Of a stretch of DNA of 64,000 bases, positions 52,200-64,000 are shown piece by piece (positions within the stretch are counted from its first letter, which is position 1; each line of letters starts with the position of its first letter). The notes under the pieces are model-generated. The model was given only the letters and a program-made list of their open reading frames with translations, made no database searches and was not told the origin of the DNA. Origin of the DNA: Cetorhinus maximus. Taxonomy: Eukaryota. The stretch is from NCBI RefSeq assembly GCF_964194155.1, contig NC_135882.1, forward strand, positions 117,986,001 to 118,050,000, read 5' to 3'. The translations under genes and the position numbers were made by a program.

Positions 52200-53419
52200 G
52201 TATGATGTTGGCAATGTAATTTTTGTAACACTGCCTTACTTACATACCAAGTTGAATTTTTGGATTTTGTGTCAAAGACTTGCCATTTATTAAAAGTAAC
52301 ATGTTACATAATCGTGGCCAACACCAAGATTACAAAGGATGCTTTGCCACAAAAGATACATACATTGCTGCCAGGTGAATTGTCCCCTTCTCAATCTCCC
52401 CACATCTCATTACAATTGTCTGGCTTTTAAGTTTAGCTAAATAGCCATTACTACACCTCCTCCATGACTTTCACTCATAGTTTCCCATGACCGAATATTA
52501 ACTCAACATACAAAGTTTAAAAGGCTCAACAGCACAATCTCACGTTATAAAATGAACTGCTTTACCTAGTTAATTGTACAGAAAAAATAAACTTTTAGAT
52601 GTATCCATGTGATGATTAGAACAATAAAGTCTATTTTATATGATAACAGTTAAAGCTTTACAGATTTCTTAATATTCTACAGTTACTGCCTGTCAGCTAC
52701 ATTTGCAGGTATTTTAATGGTAAAATTTTAACAATAGAACTAATAAAATGATAATGACATGTGATTCTTTCTTAACTATTTCTCAGTCCTAATCTCAAAC
52801 AAAGAGACAATTGCCTGCAGCTAGTTTTATATAATGCTAATTCAATATTCAGTTCAGATACTTAACTAACGTGGGTGAAATTTTAATGATGTTCCTAGGA
52901 TTTTAGTTGGAAATTTAAAATCCATCTTTACTGATTGTCTCCGTTAAGTTTTTTTGGAACTTGCCTTAAACAGTCTTTCAGAATCTGACTTATAATTTTA
53001 TATATAGTGACGTATCTGATTTAAATATAAAATTATAGTTTCAAATAGTTCTATGTAACAAGGGTAGAAATCAAAACAATGTACTTATGGCCTTTTTGTT
53101 AAATTCAACAATATTGGTTCAATTAGTAAGATTGTTTCCAAACTCTGCAGATGTATTTAAAATGCATACATATACAGAGATATGTGGAATTAGTAAATAT
53201 TTGGCTTTGGATTAAAGGGAAAGAGCTGGCATTTGAATAAGAATTGCTAAATCATTACAACACATAAAGACGTTACTGCTATAAGGTTTATGGTTTTTTT
53301 GGTTGTACATTAAAGTTTGTAACATTTTTTATGCTTGTTAAGACAAAAAAAGCATTGGTGACCCATATTTTTTGTATATCTCAGTAACATTTTTCTGATG
53401 TTCTACTAGCTATAACAGG

Positions 53420-56400
53420 TTTTTTTATTCCTTCATGGGACATGGGCCCAGGCCAACATTTTTATTGCCCATCCCTAATTGTCTTTGCGAAGGTGGTAGT
53501 GAGCCACTTTCTTGAACCACTGCAGTCCATGCGGTGCAAGTACACCCACAGTAATGTTTGGGAGGGAGTTCATGAATTCTGGCCCAGCGACAGTAAAGGA
53601 ACGGTGATACAGCTCCATGTCAGGGTGATCTGTGGCTTTGAGGAGAACATGCAGGTGGCGGCGTTCCCACCTATCGCCCTTGTTCTTTTAAGTGGTAGAT
53701 GTTGCGGGTTTGACAGGTGCTATCAAAGGAGCCTTGGTGAGTTGCTGCAGTGCTTCTTGCAGATGGTACACACTCCTGCCACTGTGCATCGGTGGTGGAG
53801 GGAATTAGATGTTGGAGGTGGTGGATGGGGTGCCAATCAAATGGACTGCCTTGTCCTGGATGGTGTCGAGCTTCTTGAATGTTGCTGGAGCTGCAGTCAT
53901 CCAGACAAGTGGAGAGTATTCCATTACACTCCTGACTTGTACCTTGTAGGTGATGGACAAGCTTTGGGAGTGAGAAGGTGAGTTACTCACTGCAGAATTC
54001 CAAGCCTCTGACCTGCTCTTGTAGCCACAGTATTTATATAGCTGGTCCAGTTCAATTTCTGGTCAATGGTAACCCCCCCCAGGATGTTGATAATGGCGGT
54101 TTCAGAGATGGCAGTGCAGTTGAATGTCAAGGGGAGATGGTTGGATTCTTTCTGTTTGGAGATGGTCATTGCCTAGCACTTGTGTGGCGTGAATGTTAAT
54201 TGCCACTTATCAGCCCAAGCCTGAATGTTGTCCAGGCCTTGCTGCATTTGGATATGGACTACCTCAGTATCTGAGGAGATGCTGAACATTGTGCAATTGT
54301 CTGTGAGCATCCACACTTCTGGCCGTATGATGGAGGGAAGATCATTGATGAAACAGCTGAAGATGGGTGGACCTAGGACATTACCCTGAGGAACTCGTGC
54401 AGTGAGGCGAGTGACCTCCAAAAACCATAACCATCTTCCTTTGTGCTAGGTATGATTCCAACCAGTGGAGAGTTTTTCCACTGATTCCCTTTGATTTTCG
54501 TTTTGTTAGTGCTCTTTGATGCTGCACTTCATCAAATGCTGCCTTGATATCAAGGGCAGTTACCCTCACCCCACCTCTTGAGTTCAGCTGTTTTCTCCAT
54601 ATTTGAAATAAGACTGCAATGAGGTCAGGAGCTGAGTGATCCTGGCAGAACCTAAACTGAGCATCAGTGAGCATGTTGTTTCTGAGTAAGTGCCACTTGA
54701 CAGCACTGTCGACGACCCTTCCCATCACTTTGCTGATGATGGAGAGTGGACTGATGGAACGATTATTGGCCAAGTTGGATTTGTCCTGCTTTTTGTGTAT
54801 AGGATGTACCTTGGCAATTTTTCACATTGCTGAGAATATGCCAGTGCTGCACCTGTACTGGAGCAGCTTGGCTAAGGGCACAGCTAGTTCTGGAGCACAA
54901 GTCCTCAGTACTCTTGTTGGAATATTGTCAGGGCTCATAGCCTTTGCAGTATCCAGTGCCTTCAGCCGTTTCTAGATATCACGTGGAGTCAATTGAATTG
55001 GCTGAAGACTGGCATCTGTGATGCTAGGGACCTCTGGAGGAGGTCGAAATGGATCATCCACTCTGCACTTCTGCCTGAAGATCATTGCAAATCCTTCAGC
55101 CTTATCTTTTGCACTGATGTGCTGGACTCTCCCATCTTTGAGGATTGGGATATTTGTGGAGCCTCCTCCTCCAGTTGTGTAATTGTCCACCACCATTCAT
55201 GATTGCACGTGATAGGGTTGTAGAGCTTAGATCTGATCCATTGGTTGTGAGTTCGCTTAGCTCTCTATTACATGCTGCTTTCGCTGTTTAGCATGCAAGT
55301 AGTCCTGTGTTGTGGCTTCACCAATTTGACACCTCATTTTTAGGTATGCATGGTGCTGCTCCTGGCATGCCTCCTCCACCCTTTATTGAACCAGGGGTTA
55401 TCCCCCAGTTTGATGGTAATGGTAGAGTGGGGGTATGCTGGGCCATGAGGTTACAGATTGTGGTTGAGTACAATTCTGCTGCTGTTGATGGCCCATAGGG
55501 CCTCATAGATGCCCAGTTTTGAGTTGCTAGACCTGTTCGAAATCTATCTCATTTACTACGACGTTAGTGCCACACAACATGATGGAGGGTTTCCTCAATG
55601 TTAAGGTGGGACTTCATCTCCATATGGACTGCGTGGCAGCCACTCCTACCAATACTATCATGAACAGATGCATCTGCGACAGTTAGATTGGTGAGAATGG
55701 TCAAGTATGTTTTTCCCTCTTGGTTCCCTCACCACCTGCTGCAAACCCGTGTGGCAGCTACGTCCTTTAGGACTTGGCCAGCTCCATCAGTAGTGGTGCT
55801 ACCGAGGCACTCCTGGTGATGGACATTGAAACCCCACCCAGAGTACTTTCTGTGCCCTAGCCACCCCTCAGTGCTTCCTCCGTGGTGTTCAACATGCTGA
55901 GGGAGGGCAATAGGTGGTAACCCGCAGGAGGTTTCCTTGCCCATGCTTGACCTGATGCCATGAACTTCATGGGTTCCAGAGTCGATGTTGAGAACTCCCA
56001 GGGTAACTCCCTCCTGACTGTATACCACTGTGCTGCCACTTCTGCTGCAGGACATACCCAGGGATGGTGACGGTGGTGTTTGAGACATTGTCTGTAAGGT
56101 GAGTATGCCTTTATCAGGCTGTTGCTTGACTAGTCTGGGGGACTGCTCCCCCAATTTTGGTAAAAGCCCCCAGATGTTAGTTAGGAGGACTTTGCAGGGT
56201 TGGGGTTGCCATTGTCGTCTCCAGTGCCTAAGTTGATGATGAGTGGTCTGTCTGGTTTCATTCCTTATAGACTTCATAGCGTTTTGATACAACTGAGTGG
56301 CGTGCTGGGCCAGAGGGCATTTAAGGTCAACCACATTGCTGTGGGTCTGGAGTCATGTGTAGACCAGACCAAGTAAGGATGGCAGATTACCTTCTGTAAA

Positions 56401-57051
56401 TGGCAAATGGCAGACGGTCAATCGACAATGGTTTCATAGCCACTATTACCAAGACCAAAACAAAAACAAAAATACCTGGAAAAACTCAACAGGCCCGACA
56501 GCATCTGCGGAGAGGAACACAGTTAACGTTTCGACTCCGAATGACTCTTCAACAGAACTAAGGAAAAATAGAAAGGAGGTGAAATATAAGCTAGTTTAAG
56601 GGGGGTGGGACAGGTAGAGCTGGATAGAGGGCCAGTGATAGGTGGAGATTGCCAAAAGATGTCATGCACAAAAGGGCAAAGAGGTGTTGACGGTGGTGAT
56701 ATTAGCTAAGAAATGTGCTAATTGGTGACATTAAGGGTAGAAAGCAGTACGAGCAAGGTACAGATAGCCCTAGTGGGGGTGGGGTGGGGTGGGGGGAAGG
56801 GGAAGGAAGAGTCATTCAGACTCGAAACGTTAACTGTGTTCCTCTCCGCAGATGCTGTTGGGCCTGCTGAGTTTTTCCAGGTATTTTTGTTTTTGTTTTG
56901 GATTTCCAGTATCCACAGTTTTTTGCTATTACCAAGACCAGATTTGTTAACTGAATTTAAATTCCACCAGCTGCCGTGGTGGTATTCAAACCTGTGGCTC
57001 CAGAGCATTAGCCTGGTCCGTTGGCATTACCGCTATGCCACTGCCACCTCC
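53420..57051 (-). mobile_element. tRNA-headed single-ORF LINE, copy B (near full length)
   Basis: Head A box TGGCATAGCGG (57040-57030) and B box GGTTTGAATACC (56992-56981), a short UTR, then KVLLTNIWGL (APE), ALDIKAAFD, VPQG.VLGP, YK.QVRSVMEYSPL.W, and an A-rich tail at 53420. Confidence 0.9.
56458..56925. mobile_element. Penelope-derived insertion made of two terminal repeats in inverted orientation
   Basis: 56458-56550 is the reverse complement of ~56806-56900. 15-bp TSD CTATTACCAAGACCA (56443-56457, 56926-56940). Confidence 0.88.
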
Positions 57052-57301
57052 TAATGAACTCATAACTTGCTTGGTGAATCAGTTATAGGATTATGACAAC
57101 TTTTGTGCCAAAAGGAACTCCAACTGGCCTTTGAACATTTTAAAATTAGCATTTTGACACATGGCTAAGAAAATAAGATTGAAGCTGGAAAAGACCATGC
57201 AGAGTATTCATTTAGCACCTATTATGATTAGGCCATTTTTCTTTTTTTTGTGAACCGTTTTGTAGTAAGCTATTACAATTGTAAGTTCTAAACTTTTTCA
57301 G

Positions 57302-57471
57302 GTTACAGAGAAATAATGCTTCAATCTCTAACTCAGCTGACTGTACTGGATGGGCAAAGGCGGTCTGGTGAATCTATCCATTCAAATGAAGGATGTCCCT
57401 TGGATCTACCTGGTTTAGAAGACTACTTGGAGTATTTGGTATCATCAGACTCTAGCTTAAATGTGGAAAAG
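57302..57471 (+). CDS. LRRCC1: LRRCC1 internal exon (170 nt)
   Basis: ctttttcAG acceptor, GTTTGT donor, phase 1-0: (G)YREIMLQSLTQLTVLDG...LEDYLEYLVSSDSSLNVEK, which completes the LRR cap (YR..LQ.L.QL..LD). Confidence 0.9.
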
Positions 57472-58059
57472 GTTTGTATTTTGTTATTTTTTTCAGTCTC
57501 TGTCAGGAGCGTCCAAACTGATTTGTCAGCTGTTTCTGGCTTTCAGGCCCTGGCATTCTGGTTCCTGAAGCTTTAGTAACCCAGTTCTATTTGTGCTTAT
57601 ACTTCTTAATTACTAGTTTGCTTGTTTCATTTGAATTTGTATTCCTGAAGTTTGGGAAGTAGCCGCCCTTAGTGCTGCCATCTCGTTGGTGAAATATTCC
57701 TAAATCAGAACACCTATATGTGTTTATCCACAGCTTGAGGTAAATGAACATTAACAAATAAAATGCATTAAACTTCATATGTGGTCCACAAGCCTCCATG
57801 CTATGGGTTTAAATGTCCTGTGAAGACGAAAGCTTTGAACGGTCCTCCCTTGTGGTCCTTTTCTTTGAGGGTGAACAGCCAGCTACTGAAGAACTATACC
57901 TGAGAGGCCTGGAAAATGATACGAATTGTCAATCTCTTCAAACTTTTTTTTTCTGCACTTTCATTCTCCTTGGTCATTGCAGTTCAAGGCATCCCAATTC
58001 ACAGAAATGATGTATTTTTAAACAATGAGATATCAACTGGGGATATGGGGAATTGATGT

Positions 58060-58475
58060 CCAGCATCTGAACCCCCCCAAAGCTAATCCACCACCCACAA
58101 GGTACAGTTCAGGAGTGAGATGGAATATTCTCCACCTGCCTGGATGAATGCAGCTCCCTTAACACTCAGAAAGCTCGACACCATCCAGGACAAAACAGCC
58201 TGCTCGATTGGCACTCCATTCACCAATTTAAACATTCACTCCCTCTACCATTGACACACAGCAGCAGCAGTGTACTATACACAAGATGACTGCAGGATGT
58301 TCCAAACCTGCAACCTCCAGCTAGAAGGACAAGGGCAGCAGACGCATGGGAATACCACCACCCACAGGTTCCCCTCCAAGCCACACATCATCCTGACTTA
58401 GAACCATATTGCCGTTCCTTTACTATCGCTGGATCAAAACCCTAGAACTCCCTTCCCAACACACTGTGGGTGTAC
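58060..58475 (+). mobile_element. 3' fragment of the tRNA-headed LINE family
   Basis: QVRSEMEYSPPAWM.AAP..L.KLDTIQDKTA.IG, homologous to 8760-9150. Confidence 0.8.
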
Positions 58476-58771
58476 CAGGGATGAGAAATTTCTGCCAAAT
58501 GGGGGATTTCCAACATTGGGAATTTGGAAGTCTGCCATTTCGTTTCTGACTTTCAGACAGGCTTTTCAAAAAAAATCAAACTCACAGTTGCCCCAAGCAG
58601 TAACTGCTGCTTCTGACCTTTGGGCAGCTTCATTGGTTTCAAAAGCTGGCTAACCACGAAGCTGTCTGAAGGGAAGCAGTAGTTCCCGCTCTCAGCAAAA
58701 CAGTTGCTGAGAGTGGGAACTGACTGCAGAGTTGTGATTGGAAGAGCAGCAGGTGCAGGGAAGGCAGAGCT

Positions 58772-58885
58772 GCTCCTCCAATCACAGATTCTCTCTCTCT
58801 CCCGCTCTTGCAGCTCCTCCAGTGTCAAAATCTATGATTGGAGGAGCAGCAAGAGCGGGAGAGAGAAATCTCTGATTGGAGGAGC
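58772..58885. repeat. ~50-bp-arm inverted repeat built from CCAAT-containing units
   Basis: GCTCCTCCAATCACAGATTCTCTCTCTCTCCCGCTCTTGCAGCTCCTCCAGT - 13-nt loop - ATTGGAGGAGCAGCAAGAGCGGGAGAGAGAAATCTCTGATTGGAGGAGC. Confidence 0.85.
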
Positions 58886-59849
58886 TGGAATACTTATTAG
58901 GGCTGGTCCCACTGCCACCATTCAGAAGACTTTCCACTGCACTGTTAATGTCGCTCTTCGACACCTGGGAGGCTGAGGAGAAGAAGTGGAAAATGAAAGA
59001 AGAGGATGGAGCCTCCACTAGTAACAAGGCTGGATCAATCCCTGGGGAGCCGTCACTCAGGTTTATTTTTGGTTTATGATCTGCTCCTGGAATCAGCGAG
59101 CAAATTGTTTAGGGCCTCAGTCACTCAGCTTCACGTCAGGCCAGACCTGGCTTGGTCTACCTGGGATCCTGGTGCTACCCAATGCCCAGAGTTGGAAGAG
59201 GCTGCCCTCCCTGGCCCATTTGGATCTGACCCCTGGCTGTGCGGAACACCGCAATGACGCTGGCCGAGAAGGAGCCACAGCCACCCACTGATGGGAGGCG
59301 GCAGCGACAATGAGCCAAGCCCGCCAAGGTGGAGAAATCCAGGTGGGTGGTAGGATGGAGAAGGAGGAGGGGATGAGTGAGCGGGTCTGGATGGGAAGGG
59401 AGGGGAGCGTATGAGTGAATGGATCCAGATGGAGATTGGGGGAAAGAGCTGAGTGAGTGAGGGAGAAGGGTTTTAGGAAAGGGGCAGCTGAGTGAGTGTG
59501 GGAGGGGTAGGGAAGAGGGGCTGCTGAGTGTGTGGTGGGAGAGGTGGTTTGGGAAGAGGGGTGTGTGTTGGTGGTTGGGGGAGATGAACTGATTATAATG
59601 TGTGTGGGGGGGAGAGGGGCTTTACTAGGTCTTCTGTCAACATGGAACATGGAGAGCTTGGCTGAAGCCTACATGATTACATAAAGTAGCATTTTTACAA
59701 AGTACTTTGAAAACACAGATTTTCATACTTATGTATTATATTTTGATATATAATATGTGAACTTTAGTAATGTACAAATTTTACTATGCAACTTTATTGC
59801 TGTTTTGTTTTTCCTGGCATCTGGGGTCACATTCATTTTCAATAGTTTT

Positions 59850-60965
59850 TTATATCTCCATTCGTTCATGGGATGCGGGCATTGCTGGCAAGGCCAGCCT
59901 TTGCTGTCCATCCTTCATTGCCCTTGAGAAGGTGGTGGTGAGTTAATGGAGCCACATTGGAAAATAGTTTGCAAAGCACTGATTTAGCGCTTTGCTTCAC
60001 TTTGCATGTACTTAATCCAGCGAGGTGATGTTCTGTTGTTAGTATGGACTATATTACATGCACTAACTGTATTGAATGCTGAAATGCTGATAGAAATGCA
60101 TTGGTCCACAGCCTGGATGGTAATAGAAGGTAAACAAAGGGAAAAATAATGTTTCTACCTACTTGAAGCCTAATATTTCCACCCATTTGAAATGGCCTAG
60201 AAGCAATTAAACTTCACTATAGATTATAAAAAGTGCCATAACTACATGATTTTTTGTCACAAAAAAATTTAGACTTTTTTGTCTTCGGCCACTAATTTTC
60301 AAACTTTTGGCTTCAGTCACTCTCACCCCTGATGTACCTACACCACAAGAACTGCAGTAGTTCAAGAAGCCAGCTCACAGCACCTTCTCAAGGGCAATTA
60401 GGGATGGACAACAAATGCTGGCCTTGCCAGCAATGCCTATATCCCGTGAAAGAATTTTTTAAATTCTTAAAATTTAATGTTGGCCTGAGTCACTTATTAA
60501 TATTTTGGCTCTCTAAAATAAGATGATAATAGTCCAATAGACTTAGATAGTCCTGATAGTAAAATAATGACTTATGAATTTAAAAATTAACAGTAAGGGG
60601 ATGATGCTTCTTTTAACATAATGTTGCATGGTATTGTGTGATACACAGGAGCAACTCACCAAGGCTCCTTCGACAGCACCTCTCAAACCCACGACCTCTA
60701 CCACCTAGGACAAGGGCAGCACATACATGGGAATACCATCACCGGCAAGTTCCCTTTCAAGTCACACACCATCCTGACTTGGAACTATATCGCTGTTCCT
60801 TCACTGTCACTGGGTCAAAATCCTGGAACTCTCTCTAACATCACTGTGGGTGGTCGTACAGCTCGTAGACTGCAGCAGTTCAAGGAGGCAGCGCACCACC
60901 ACTTTCTCAAGAGCAATTAGGGTGGACAATAAATGCTGGCTACACCCCATGAACGAATAAAATGA
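59850..60965. mobile_element. Three short 3' tails of the tRNA-headed LINE family (59850-59945 -, 60330-60455 +, 60640-60965 +)
   Basis: Shared caccttctcaagggcaattagggatgg.caa.aaatgctggcc motif. Confidence 0.75.
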
Positions 60966-61511
60966 AAGGAGCTTAAATAATAAATTGTATTTGCTCTGAC
61001 TTATACGAAATTAAATTACATAACCTTTAGAGCATTATTTTTAACCAAGGACGTCAGTTTGCAGACAAACCAAAGCTTGCACACTTTAAAATAGATAGCT
61101 ATCACTGTGCTTTTAATTTAGTCTAAATCTATGTTTTGAGCCAAGACCTATGCATATAATGCAAAAAAAAACCTTAATACTCTCGATCATGTTAGATACA
61201 CAACGAACAATGGAATTCCTTTTTTATATAAACAAGAGCAGGCATGGACCTACTTAATTCACCATTAAGTCTGATTTTTGATTTAATATTGTTTATTTTT
61301 CAGTAAATTAAGCCCATCTTGTATCTTTCAACTACCTAGCTAAATTATAAATAAATGCAAAAGCTAAGCTATATGTGTAATGAACAATTGTAAGATTGCT
61401 TTTTGCAAAGTGGAAAGCTGCAAGCTACTGATGTGATTGTGACAAATATTTGTATGTTGGTATAAGCAGCAGGGAATCAGTGTAGTTACACTGATTTTTA
61501 TTGGGAACAAA

Positions 61512-61636
61512 TGCTGGAATTTTCCAGCCCATCATGCTGGTGGGATCTTCCGGTCCCACCAGTGTGAAAGGAGACTTCGAGGACTCACCGGCACCACCGC
61601 GGGGGAACCCGCCCGGAGGGGTGGAAAATTCCGGCC
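61512..61636. mobile_element. 125-bp Harbinger-type MITE
   Basis: TIRs TGCTGGAATTTTCCAGCCC / GGGGTGGAAAATTCCGGCC, 3-bp TSD AAA, internal homology to 40813-40939. Confidence 0.8.
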
Positions 61637-62235
61637 AAACTCACAGCAAAACATGTGAGCATTTTAGTGACATACTGTGGTTTCTCAATAGCAAATTTTT
61701 GAACAAAAATAATGCTAAGCAACTACAGAATGGTAGGATGTAGGTTCATGGATGAGGGCAAAATTGGATGGGATATTTTGCTGTTGCCTTTTTAAAATCT
61801 TTTGACAAGTAACATTAACCATGGTCTGTGTGCTTCACAAACATGCTGCCTTTGGACATATGAAGTATCCAAGAAGATATTGCACACATTCAGGAGAGAA
61901 GCTGCTTTTTAAAATTCTGTTGGTTTTAAAAATGCTCCTAATGTATATGATTGTAATAAATGTTGAAATTTGTATGGAATATTTGTGGATGCCCAAATGA
62001 TACTAATGTAGAATTTTCACTTGGCAGAAGGTCTTGCAAGACTCTTCCAGATTTGTAAACAAGTCAAGAATATAGTGATATGGTAGATGGTGCAATATCA
62101 TAACCTCATACACAGTTATTTTTCTTAAGTTTGATGCAAAAGCTAATATTTTACATTAAAGTATCACTGTAATAGACGATAGAAATTTCTAATGCTTTGT
62201 TCTATGTTTGCAATCCTTTTCTAAAATAAAAATAG

Positions 62236-62454
62236 GCTTCTGTGGGACTACCTGTGATCACTCCACGGATTGATCAGGTACTTGCTCATTATCGCCATCG
62301 TGCTACAGTAACTGATCCTGCAATACCAATGTCTGCTACTGAGACCAGTTCTTCACCTGAAGTGGAGCAATCCAAGAATCACAACACGCTCAATGTGTTC
62401 AATGAAGTAAGAATAAAGAAGCTGGAAAGACAGATTTCTCAGCTATTGCAGCAG
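62236..62454 (+). CDS. LRRCC1: LRRCC1 internal exon (219 nt), start of coiled-coil region
   Basis: aatAG acceptor, GTAATT donor, phase 0-0: ASVGLPVITPRIDQVL...NEVRIKKLERQISQLLQQ, similar to LRRCC1 PVIT..ID and EIKLQKLDDQILQLL. Confidence 0.85.
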
Positions 62455-63464
62455 GTAATTGTTGGAAAGGAATTACCTCTAAAGGAAATCTCTTTGGTTT
62501 AGCATTGCAGCATGTGTGCTGAATAATATGGTCTTATTAGGCAGTGTTCTTTTAGAGAATGCTCACTTTTGTACGATCAAATATTACTATAGATCCTTTA
62601 AATTTTGTTGTACATAGAGTATCATGGATCTCGTAGAAGGTGTTGTTTTAGTATGATTTACAATAAATTTATTCATATATGTGAGATTTTTGAGAATGAA
62701 GATGAAGAACAAACCTTAATCTTACAGGCATCATGCATGTACTGGGGAAATGTAAATTTTGAAATAGTAACTGCTTTTTAGGTTTGTAGCACACAGCATT
62801 CATTGTATCTCTTTTGGACCAAATTCTTTGATCTATCTTTTTGCCCTTCACCTTTCATCCACCTCGTCAATTTGCATTAATAGCACTTCAGAGAGCTCTG
62901 CATTCAAAGGCTGTATTAATTAATCAAAGATCAGAGAAATAAAATAAAAAATCTTTCAAAAGTATTGTAAAATCCAAACTAGAAAGTATTGCTATGATGT
63001 GTATAACTTCCTGTATTTTCTGAAATTGGAGATGTGCTTTAGAACTGAAGGAATTTTTATTTAAATGCCACATTGAGGGAACTTCATTATAGTAGCAGAG
63101 AGTAAAGACTAAATATTATGCATAGAATTTCTAAGAGCGTTCAGCTTCACAGACATAAACATTAATCTATAAAACCTAACTATGAAACAGACAATACTTT
63201 GCATTTTTGTTAATTGTAGTTTTGGATTACTCTAGCTTTGCATTTAGCTGTAGGAACTATAAACTTTTCAAAGCTCTGCAGCAGTCAAACAGACCGTGAG
63301 AAGCCTTTAAGATTCATTTTCAGTTTTTATATCACTGGTAAGTTTATCATGACTCTGCTAGCACAAGAACTGTTACTGGTATTTGGCTGCTGTTGAGCTC
63401 AATACTCTGCATACACGTAAGCATAAAGGCACACAAGCCTGTTTTGCCTGACTGCACTTTTTTA

Positions 63465-63600
63465 TATTTATTCATGTGTTTGGTGCTGGCAAGACCAGCA
63501 TTTATTGCTCATTCCTAATTGCCCTTGAGAAGGTGGTGGTGAGCTGCCTTCTTGAACCACTGCAGTCCATTAGTGTAGAAACATCTAGAATGCTGTTACG
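63465..63600 (-). mobile_element. 3' tail of the tRNA-headed LINE family
   Basis: gcatttattgctcattcctaattgcccttgagaaggtggtggtgagctgccttcttgaac. Confidence 0.75.
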
Positions 63601-64000
63601 TCTCAATTTGATACCTGTCATATAACTGCTGCTATGATGTGGCGGACCAAATCCATGCTATCACAATGGTTTTTCAATTTGCATTTATTATGAGAAGATT
63701 TGTGCACTGAATTCAGAAGTAATGAGTCCACTAACACCTTTAGCAATTTTAAAAACTAAATTAAAACATTTATTAACAAAAGAAAACATTTCAAGCACAC
63801 ACATAGGATTACAGTTACTTAATACTATAACAAATCCCGAAATCCCTAATTAACCTGACACCCTCTTTAAGGCAAACAGCCCAAAATAGATTTTAAATTT
63901 AGATAGGCAATCTAGCAAGTTTAACAAAGCACCCACTCGACAGTGGAATTCCAAAGGCTTTTTAACACCACTTTAGTTACTGGACACAGCAGACTTCTGC

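Noticed and set aside
63638-64000. LTR in reverse orientation (a similar candidate lies at ~44836-45120)
   Set aside because: A TGT start and TTTATT are suggestive, but no second terminus or TSD is visible within the window.

Overview
Eukaryotic (vertebrate) genomic DNA, about 42% GC by eye and dominated by repeats. The repeat content (CR1 and L2 LINEs, Deu-domain SINEs, Penelope, Harbinger) suggests a cartilaginous fish; that is an inference. The only host gene is LRRCC1 on the + strand, with five internal GT-AG exons in consistent phase (9807-10012, 10711-10776, 52032-52199, 57302-57471, 62236-62454). Its first exon and 3' exons lie outside the window. The intron at 10777-52031 (41.3 kb) and the flanks are filled with nested transposons. 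The most notable items are: (1) two near-full-length copies of a compact single-ORF LINE (APE+RT) that both begin with a tRNA-like Pol III A/B-box head and have almost no TTTT terminators on the sense strand; (2) Penelope-like elements and ~140-bp solo units carrying minimal hammerhead-ribozyme motifs; (3) a complete 4.5-kb two-gene Harbinger transposon (TIRs, CAT target duplication, spliced Myb/SANT gene, DDE transposase) plus related MITEs. All calls were made by eye. Repeat boundaries without a stated TSD or TIR are approximate.
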